This document shows, in pieces, positions 9,273 through 16,339 of a stretch of DNA of 64,000 bases; position 1 is the stretch's first letter, and each line of letters begins with the position of its first letter. This DNA is from Gemmatimonadales bacterium. Lineage in GTDB: Bacteria > Gemmatimonadota > Gemmatimonadetes > Gemmatimonadales > GWC2-71-9. Location of the stretch: NCBI GenBank assembly GCA_036393515.1, contig DASWGV010000163.1, forward strand, positions 17,301 through 81,300, read 5' to 3'. The notes under the pieces are model-generated. The model ran no database searches. It had not been told where the DNA came from and worked only from the letters and a program-made list of their open reading frames with translations. A program made the position numbers and the translations under genes.

Positions 9273-9514
9273 GAGACAGTCTGCCCCCGGGAGAGTAATT
9301 CGCCCTTGGTACGCCCGAAGACGGCGACTACGTCGCCGTGCTCGGTGGCGACCCGAAGGAGGGCCCATCCCTTGCGCCGCATGTCCCTCCGCCAGTCGAT
9401 GAGGCTTGCCCATCGTTGCGACGTGGCGCGAAACACCCGTAGCTCGGCAACGCTTTCCCACGCGTCGGGATAGGGTCGCGACTCCAGCTCAGGGGGCGGC
9501 GGTGAAGGCGGCAC
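9269..9514 (-). CDS. small hypothetical protein (81 aa, start uncertain)
   Basis: GTG-initiated ORF with third-position GC of about 76 percent (counted by hand). Its stop overlaps the start of the lipoprotein gene. No recognisable motif. Confidence 0.4.
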   Translation of the reverse strand: MPPSPPPPELESRPYPDAWESVAELRVFRATSQRWASLIDWRRDMRRKGWALLRVATEHGDVVAVFGRTKGELLSRGQTVS

Positions 9515-9550
9515 GGAGCTCGCAAGCCTCCGGGGTCGAGAAAAGGGCAG

Positions 9551-9925
9551 GGACTGGTGGAGCCATAAGCCGAGTTCTGTTCGGTCCCGAAGGGCCGGAC
9601 GGTCATCTCTCTTGGATGGCGGTCGCCCGCCACCTCACGCGGCCTACCCGCGGCTCGATTGGTCCGGGCCGGACCTCGCCGCCTATTTGGCCTTGCTCCG
9701 GCTGGGGGTTGCCGTGCCGCGGCTGTCACCAGCCGCGCGGTGGGCTCTTACCCCACCGTTTCACCCTTACCCGCGGGATCAACCGCGGGCGGTTTGTTCT
9801 CTGTGGCCCTTCCGTCGCCTTGCGGCGCCCAGGAGTTACCTGGCAGCCTGCCCTAGGAGCTCGGACTTTCCTCAGCCCGCCCGAAGGCGGACCGCGACCG
9901 TCACGCTCCACCGATCCCTGCCCCC
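9551..9925 (-). ncRNA. rnpB: RNase P RNA, bacterial type A
   Basis: The reverse complement carries GAGGAAAGTCCGAGCTCC, GGTAAGGGTGAAA, GGTAAGAGC and ACAGAACTCGGCTTAT. A P1 helix forms between GGGCAGGGATCGGTGGAGC (5') and GCTCCACCAGTCCCTGCCC (3'), followed by a TTTTCT run. Only spurious overlapping ORFs occupy this stretch. Confidence 0.9.
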
Positions 9926-10078
9926 GGAAGGTAGCTGGCCACGGCGTTCCGGTCATGGGGCGGGTTCCGCCAGTAGCCCAAGCCACAATGCCAGGCCCGG
10001 TTGTGGTGGTCTCCCGACGCGTTGAGTCGCGGTTGAGGGGATGCTCGCATACTCGCGCCGTCGGATCTCGAGGCGCCC

Positions 10079-10930
10079 ATGCCGCTCCAAACCACTGTGG
10101 CCACCCTGCTCGAACCATCGGTACGGCTCCGGCTGGACGCCGCGGCGGGCGGCAGCTTCACCACCGTACACGCAGAGACCCTACCAGACGCTATCCGGGC
10201 GGTGCGGGAGCGGCCGGTCCAAGCCGTGCTGGTCTCGCCGCGGCTCGTGCCGTCGCAAGAGCTGGGAACCGTAAGTTCCCTGGTTAGCGGGTTTCCGGGC
10301 GTGGCCACGATCGCCGTCATGACCGGCGAGGACGCGGGGTCGCCCGAGAAGCTCTTGGAGCTCGGCGCCTGTGGGGTCCGACGACTGGTGAATCTCAGCC
10401 ACCGGGAGGGGTGGCACCAACTCCGCGAACTAGTCGCTCAACCGACCTCGCCTAGTGTAGCCCTGATTCTCGGCATTGTGATTCCGGCCCTCGGTGACGT
10501 GCCGCCGGACTGCCGCCGCATGTTCGAGGCGCTGGCGCGGCGGGCCCCACGGCTCACCACGGTGCGCGCGCTCGCGCGTGATCTGCGGGTACGGCCCAGC
10601 ACTTTCATGTCCCGCTTCTTCCGCTCCGGGCTCCCTTCCCCTAAGCGATACCTGGCGATGATGCGCCTGGTTCACGCGGCCGCCCTGTTGGAGTTGCACG
10701 GATTAGCGGTCGCGGACGTCGCGTACCGGCTCGACTACTCTTCACCACAGAGTTTCGGCCGCCATGTGCGCACCGCGCTGGGTGTCACGGCGTGCGAGTT
10801 CCGACGACGCTACACCGTCCGCATGGCCGCAGGCGGTTTCGTCACGAGACTGATCGTCCCCTTCCGGGATGTGCTCAGCACTTTTCATCCACTCGACCAC
10901 TGGGTGGCAGAGACCGGACACTATGGGTGA
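10079..10930 (+). CDS. AraC-family transcriptional regulator with degenerate receiver-like N-terminal domain
   Basis: C-terminal AraC HTH (RPSTFMSRFFRSGLPSPKRYLAMMRLVHAAALL...YSSPQSFGRHVRTALGVTACEFRRRY). The N-terminal 120 aa have a CheY-like layout, but Ser replaces the acceptor Asp (VQAVLVSPRL). Confidence 0.75.
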   Translation: MPLQTTVATLLEPSVRLRLDAAAGGSFTTVHAETLPDAIRAVRERPVQAVLVSPRLVPSQELGTVSSLVSGFPGVATIAVMTGEDAGSPEKLLELGACGVRRLVNLSHREGWHQLRELVAQPTSPSVALILGIVIPALGDVPPDCRRMFEALARRAPRLTTVRALARDLRVRPSTFMSRFFRSGLPSPKRYLAMMRLVHAAALLELHGLAVADVAYRLDYSSPQSFGRHVRTALGVTACEFRRRYTVRMAAGGFVTRLIVPFRDVLSTFHPLDHWVAETGHYG

Positions 10931-10985
10931 TGGGCGGCCCGGAAGGGGACTTCCTATCCCGCGTGCCGTGGGCTGACGGTGCTGG

Positions 10986-11558
10986 TCAGCCGCGAATGCT
11001 GAGCTCGCTGGCCAAGGCCAGCACCAGGACGGCAACTCCGGTTCTCTCGATGGCAGCCCGCCCGCCTTCCTCTCGATCCACCACGGCCAGCACGCCGGAG
11101 ATTTGCGCACCCGCTTCGCGCGCGGCGGTAAGAGCGGAAATAGCCGAGTTCCCGGTCGTGATGACGTCCTCTGTGATGACGACCGGGAGGCCGGCGCGAA
11201 AACACCCCTCGATTCTCCGGCCCGTCCCGTGCTCTCTCGGGTCCTTGCGCACGGAAAATGCGTCAATAGCAGGTGGGGCCAGTCGGCTCGCTCGGGCAAT
11301 AGCAAACGAGACGGGATCCGCTCCCATGGTCAAGCCTCCAACCAGGTTCGCCGGCCAACCGGCACCCCGAATGGCAGCCAGCCCCAGGTCCCCAATGAGT
11401 TCCAGTCCCTCGGCGCTCATGGTGGTGACGCGGGCGTCAACGTAGTACGACGACGTCCGACCGGACGCCAGGGTGAACTGCCCGGTCCGCACGGACCGCT
11501 GCCGGAGCAATTCGATCAGGCGCTGACGCTGTCGGTCGGCCAACAGGGGTTCGACCAT
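10986..11558 (-). CDS. pyrE: orotate phosphoribosyltransferase
   Basis: 190 aa with FTLASGRTSSYYVD and the PRPP-binding loop VVITEDVITTGNS. Confidence 0.9.
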   Translation of the reverse strand: MVEPLLADRQRQRLIELLRQRSVRTGQFTLASGRTSSYYVDARVTTMSAEGLELIGDLGLAAIRGAGWPANLVGGLTMGADPVSFAIARASRLAPPAIDAFSVRKDPREHGTGRRIEGCFRAGLPVVITEDVITTGNSAISALTAAREAGAQISGVLAVVDREEGGRAAIERTGVAVLVLALASELSIRG

Positions 11559-11597
11559 CAGAATTCTAACAGCAGGAAGTAGTAGTAGTACATGCTA

Positions 11598-12527
11598 CTA
11601 CTGCGCCTTCTCTTTGCCACCCATCCAGGATCGTATTGCGCTAAACAACCCACCGCTGTTGGATGTAGGCTGCGTTTCAGGGGCGCCCATGGCATGCGCC
11701 ATTTCCGCCGCGAAAGCGATCACGGACGCCTGCCGTTCCCCTGGGTTTCGTGCCAGACCCTTCATGACCGCCGACTCCAGCGCCGCCGGAAACCGCGCCC
11801 GGCCGGTGCCGGCCTGATTGAGGGGCCGAGGTGGCTCGGAGAGCAGTTGATGGAACAGCTCGCGCGGCGTGCGGCCGGGATAGGGGTGTGTGCCAGTGAG
11901 CAGGAAGTAGGTGATGGTGGCGAGGCTATAGATGTCGGCCGCTTCCGCCACCAACTCTCCGGAAAGGGCCTCTGGCGAAACGTATTGCAGCGACCCGACG
12001 AAGAACCCCGCGCGGGTCAGCCGTTCAGACGACGGCTCCTCGGCGTCGCGGGCAATGCCGAAATCGAGCAGCTTCACGCAGCGAGTCGCTGAGTCATAGA
12101 CGATGTTCTCGGGCTTGAGGTCGCGGTGAATGATTCCGACCGCATGGGTCGCGGCCAACGCGTCTGCCAATTGGCGCACGATCTCAACCACTTCGTCGGG
12201 GGCCAGCGCCCCGCGGTCCAGGACCGCTTGACCCAGCGGGGCGCCGTTCACCCATTCGAGCGCCAGGTAGTGAATTCCGTCCTGCTGGCCATAGTCGAAA
12301 GTCCGCACCACACCGGGATGCCGAACTCGCCCGCCATATTCGGCCTCGCGGAGGAACCGCTTGACCGCCGTCGGATCCGTGCGCAGTCGCTCGCGTAACG
12401 TCTTGACCGCGCACTGTCCGTGGACGTCGTGCTGCGCCCGGTAGACGGTGGCGGTTCCGCCTTCGCCCACCCGTTCGATCAGGTTGTATCCGCCGATGGT
12501 GCGCCCGGCCAACGTTTCAGGTGCCAT
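11598..12527 (-). CDS. serine/threonine protein kinase (kinase domain only)
   Basis: Hanks-type motifs GEGGTATVY, AVK, HRDLKPENIV, DFGIAR and SPE. The protein is 309 aa with no TM or sensor domain. Confidence 0.9.
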   Translation of the reverse strand: MAPETLAGRTIGGYNLIERVGEGGTATVYRAQHDVHGQCAVKTLRERLRTDPTAVKRFLREAEYGGRVRHPGVVRTFDYGQQDGIHYLALEWVNGAPLGQAVLDRGALAPDEVVEIVRQLADALAATHAVGIIHRDLKPENIVYDSATRCVKLLDFGIARDAEEPSSERLTRAGFFVGSLQYVSPEALSGELVAEAADIYSLATITYFLLTGTHPYPGRTPRELFHQLLSEPPRPLNQAGTGRARFPAALESAVMKGLARNPGERQASVIAFAAEMAHAMGAPETQPTSNSGGLFSAIRSWMGGKEKAQ

Positions 12528-12585
12528 GCGTTGGCGAAGCTACGTATGGCCTTGAACCCGAGCAAGTTGGGCCCTATGGTAGTCC

Positions 12586-14796
12586 ATGGGCCGGTTCGTC
12601 CTCCTCCTGTGTATTCCGGTCGTGGTCTCCCCGCCTGGGGTGGCCCCCGTAGCGCGCGGGCGCGTCGCCGAGGATCCTCGTCCGGCGCCCGTCGGGGCAT
12701 GGCACCTGGCGGTGGAGTTGCGTGCCGGTGGTACCAGCGGGGCCGATCTGGCGGCCATTCTGGATCAAGCGCGGGCCGAGTTGAGCATTGGCTCATTGGA
12801 CCGCGCGCGCGATCTCCTTCGCTGCGCCGGACGTCTGGCGCCCCTTGATCCCGCCGCCTGGCGTTTGCGCGCCCTGGTAGAACGGGCCGCCGGTGATCAT
12901 GTGGCCGCCGGTCGCTTGTACGCGGCGGCGGCTGCGCGGGCCGGCGGGGCGCGGCGCGGCGTCCTTGAGGCGCGCGCGGGCGAAGCCTTCGATCAGGCTG
13001 GCCTGAAGCGGCTGGCGCGCGAGCATTACCGCCGGGCGGCGCGCCTGCTCCCCCAGGCGGCGGGTTGGCTGGCCGTGCGGGAAGCGCGTTTGCAGGAGGA
13101 CACCGCGATTGTCGCGCGGCTGTTGATGCGGGCCGGACCGGCCGAACGCCGCCGGGCCGCGGACGTCTGGGCCGCCGCGCTCATCCGGGCTGGCGACTCG
13201 ACGGGGGCGGTGGGTTTCAAAGTGCTCGCCGGCCGGTACGCAGATGCGGCTGCGTTGAGCCTGGCCTTGGGCGACGCGGTCCGCGGGCGCCGACTGCTCT
13301 ACCGCGCACTACGCGACGCTCCGGTGGCAGTCGGAGCTGTGGAGCGCCTCCTGACCACCTCCCCACCTCTCAACGCTGACGAAGTGTCGGCCGTCGCCGG
13401 CGCGCTCCGGCGAATCGGGCGTGCGCCCGAAGCCGTCCGGGTCCTGCGGCTTGCTGCGGCCAGGGCGGTGGATGTACCCGTGCTGTTGGCCAGCGCGGAT
13501 GCGCTGATGGATGCCCGTGACCGGGCCGGGGCGTCGGTGGCGTTGGAGCGCGCCCTGCGGAGCGAGGGGCGCGCGGGCGCGGATGGGGAGTACGCCCGCG
13601 CCCGCCTGCGCTTGCGTGTTCGCGGGGAGGCCGCCGGCCTACCAGCGTTGCTCGCGTTCGCCCGGGCTTATCCGAGCCACCCCGGCGTTCCGAGCGCGCT
13701 CTACCTCGTGGCGGACAGCCGCGAGCGGGCCGGGCGCCGCCGGATGGCGGACAGCCTGTATCAGGTAATAGCCACGGGATGGCCAACCCACGGCGCGGCA
13801 ACGCAGGCGCAGCTCCGTCTCGGCGTGTCGGCGGAGCGCGCCCGCCAGTTTGCGCGCGCCCGCATCCTCTACGCCAGTGTTCGGGACGTCGGCGGGCCCG
13901 ATGCCGCCGCCGCGCGGTTCATGCTGGGGCGAACCGCCTTGGCCAGCGGTGACTCGGGCGCGGCGGCGGTCGAGTGGGAAGCTCTGGCCCGAGAGGATCC
14001 CCTGGGGTACTACGGCATGGCGGCGCGTCAGGCCGGGGGACTTCCAAAATTGACGATCGCGGCGCCCGCATGGGCCGCAGCGGGAGAGGCGCTTCGGGAC
14101 ATCGTGTCCGGGTTGGCGCTGCTCACCGCGCTGGGTGTTGTCGCCGAGGCGGACGCTCAGGTTACATGGGCGATCGAGCAGCTCGGATCAGACCCGGAGC
14201 AACTGCTGGCGCTCGGGCGCCACCTACTCACGGCGGGTTGGACCGAGACCGCGGTGAACATCGGTTGGAGGGCCTCCGGTAGGTTGGGTCTCGACGACCC
14301 TCGGGTGCTCCGACTGGTCTTCCCGTGGCCCCTGCGCCAAGCGGTCCGGACAGAGGCCCACAAGTTCGGCCTGGATCCTTATCTGTTGGCTGGTCTGATC
14401 CGCCAGGAATCCCTGTTCCGTTCCGGGGTAACATCACGCGCCGGGGCTCGGGGGCTGATGCAGTTGATGCCGGCCACGGCGGCCGAACTGGCGCGGCGCC
14501 TCGGCGTGGACTGGCATGACCGGTTGCTCGGCGTGGCCGACGCCAACCTGCACCTGGGTGCGGCGCACCTGGCGTCGTTGGTGCGCCGTTTTCGTGGCAA
14601 CGAGGTGCTGGCGTTGGCGGCGTACAATGCTGGTGGCCGGCCGGTCGACCAGTGGAGACGTCGCTGGGCAGGGATCACGGACCGAGTCCAGTTTGTGGAC
14701 CATATTCCCTACCCCGAGACCCGCGGTTACGTGCGCACGGTGGTGCGGAACCGCGCCCTCTATCGCGCTCTGTATCCGCCGTCCGGAGAGCAATGA
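12586..14796 (+). CDS. soluble lytic murein transglycosylase (Slt70-like)
   Basis: Long Ala/Arg-rich superhelical N-terminal region and a C-terminal SLT domain (GLIRQESLFRSGVTSRAGARGLMQLMPATA...AYNAG). Confidence 0.85.
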   Translation: MGRFVLLLCIPVVVSPPGVAPVARGRVAEDPRPAPVGAWHLAVELRAGGTSGADLAAILDQARAELSIGSLDRARDLLRCAGRLAPLDPAAWRLRALVERAAGDHVAAGRLYAAAAARAGGARRGVLEARAGEAFDQAGLKRLAREHYRRAARLLPQAAGWLAVREARLQEDTAIVARLLMRAGPAERRRAADVWAAALIRAGDSTGAVGFKVLAGRYADAAALSLALGDAVRGRRLLYRALRDAPVAVGAVERLLTTSPPLNADEVSAVAGALRRIGRAPEAVRVLRLAAARAVDVPVLLASADALMDARDRAGASVALERALRSEGRAGADGEYARARLRLRVRGEAAGLPALLAFARAYPSHPGVPSALYLVADSRERAGRRRMADSLYQVIATGWPTHGAATQAQLRLGVSAERARQFARARILYASVRDVGGPDAAAARFMLGRTALASGDSGAAAVEWEALAREDPLGYYGMAARQAGGLPKLTIAAPAWAAAGEALRDIVSGLALLTALGVVAEADAQVTWAIEQLGSDPEQLLALGRHLLTAGWTETAVNIGWRASGRLGLDDPRVLRLVFPWPLRQAVRTEAHKFGLDPYLLAGLIRQESLFRSGVTSRAGARGLMQLMPATAAELARRLGVDWHDRLLGVADANLHLGAAHLASLVRRFRGNEVLALAAYNAGGRPVDQWRRRWAGITDRVQFVDHIPYPETRGYVRTVVRNRALYRALYPPSGEQ

Positions 14797-14865
14797 CCGC
14801 CCCCCGCACCATCGGCACCCGGTAGCCTTGCCCGTCGAACCGGACCAAGAGTAAGGTTCGGCCGA

Positions 14866-16302
14866 ATGCTGAATGTGGTCGCAGTCCGCCGGCTTGCCGG
14901 ACTGGTTCCGATTCTCCTCCTGGTCGCCTGCGGCGCGCGCAGTGGTCCCGGGCCTCGCGGCCCGGCGCCGGACCCGAACGTCCTAGTCCCGCGATTGGCA
15001 GATCCCACCGCGGTGTATCGGCAGCTCGGGTTTCTTGCCAAGGGGCAGCCCCTGCCGTTCGTGGCGTCCGTGCATTTCCTGGCGGGCCCGGTACCGGATT
15101 CCACGCTGAGTCTCTTCGGTCTGTCCATGACGGGCGGAGCGCTGAACTATCGTCGGGTCGGAACCCTGTTTGAGGCGCGCTACCGGGTAGAGGCCGTGTT
15201 CCGCCGGGGCACGGAAATCGTCGGCCAACTCGGTTCCGATCAGCATGTACGCGTCGCCGCGATGGCGGAGACGCGCCGTGCTGATGAGAGCGTCATTTTT
15301 CAACACTTTGTCTATCTCCCGCCCGGCGAACTCACGGTGACCGTGGTGGTTCGGGATCGTAACGGCCTATCGTCTACCCGGGATGACGGCCTACTCCGCG
15401 TTCCCCGGTTCGATGCGTCCGGTCCCAAGATTTCCTCCCTGATCCCGATTCACCAGGGAACTCCCCGCGCCACGCGATCCGTGCTCCCGACCGTGCTGGC
15501 CAATCCGCGAGCCACGTCGCCCCAAGGCGCCGACACGCTCAGCTTCTACCTCGAAGCTTACGATGTGGAACCGGGAACCAGGCTCTATGTACGGGCCCGG
15601 CATACGGACAGCGCGGTGGTGTGGAGCGACACCGTGACGATCGGGCCACCTGGGGTTGCGGTAGCGGTCGGTCCGGATACCGTGCGTCCCGATATCGCCG
15701 CGGTGATGGTGCGGGTGGCACCGCCACAACTCCAGCTGGGCGAGCTTCGGTTCGACGCGACACTGGGAGGTCCGGATACGGCGCGCACCATGGCGTTGGT
15801 GACGTTCTCCGAGCAATGGGCTGTGACCAACCTCGACGACGTGCTTGCCCTGCTGCGCTACTTCGGTCATGAGGAGGAGGTCAATCGGATTCGCGCCGCG
15901 GCGCCGCAAGAGCGGTCGGAGTTGTGGCGGGCGTTCTGGCGTGGCACCGACCCGGACTCGATGACGCCGGAAAACGAAGCGGTGGCGGCGTATTTCCGAC
16001 GCCTGCTGGTGGCCAATCTCCGGTTCCGGGACGAGTCCGAGGCCGGCTGGTTGACCGACCGGGGCGAGGTGTACATCACGGTAGGCGAGCCGGATCGCGA
16101 GGAGCGCTACGACGACTTGCGAACGGGTCGGACGGTGATCCGGTGGACCTATTTCTACGGCGGCGAAACCATCGTCATCTATTTCATCAACGAGATCTCA
16201 CTGAATTCCTTCCGGTTGACGTTCTCATCGCGCGTGGAGTATCAGCGCTTGCTGACCCGCGTGCGTCGCTCCGGGGGCCAGCCAGGCGAGGCCGGAGCCT
16301 AG
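14866..16302 (+). CDS. GWxTD domain-containing protein
   Basis: 478 aa with a lipoprotein-like leader (LLLVAC) and a C-terminal GWLTDRGEVYITVGEPD motif. Confidence 0.7.
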   Translation: MLNVVAVRRLAGLVPILLLVACGARSGPGPRGPAPDPNVLVPRLADPTAVYRQLGFLAKGQPLPFVASVHFLAGPVPDSTLSLFGLSMTGGALNYRRVGTLFEARYRVEAVFRRGTEIVGQLGSDQHVRVAAMAETRRADESVIFQHFVYLPPGELTVTVVVRDRNGLSSTRDDGLLRVPRFDASGPKISSLIPIHQGTPRATRSVLPTVLANPRATSPQGADTLSFYLEAYDVEPGTRLYVRARHTDSAVVWSDTVTIGPPGVAVAVGPDTVRPDIAAVMVRVAPPQLQLGELRFDATLGGPDTARTMALVTFSEQWAVTNLDDVLALLRYFGHEEEVNRIRAAAPQERSELWRAFWRGTDPDSMTPENEAVAAYFRRLLVANLRFRDESEAGWLTDRGEVYITVGEPDREERYDDLRTGRTVIRWTYFYGGETIVIYFINEISLNSFRLTFSSRVEYQRLLTRVRRSGGQPGEAGA

Positions 16303-16339
16303 CCTCAGGCTCCCCCGCTCCATCGAGCCCGTCCGATCC

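Noticed and set aside
9328-10320. A cluster of overlapping 130-293-aa ORFs on both strands with no clear coding frame.
   Set aside because: They are explained by the RNase P RNA gene (9551-9925) and its flanks. The translations are low-complexity Arg/Pro/Gly strings.
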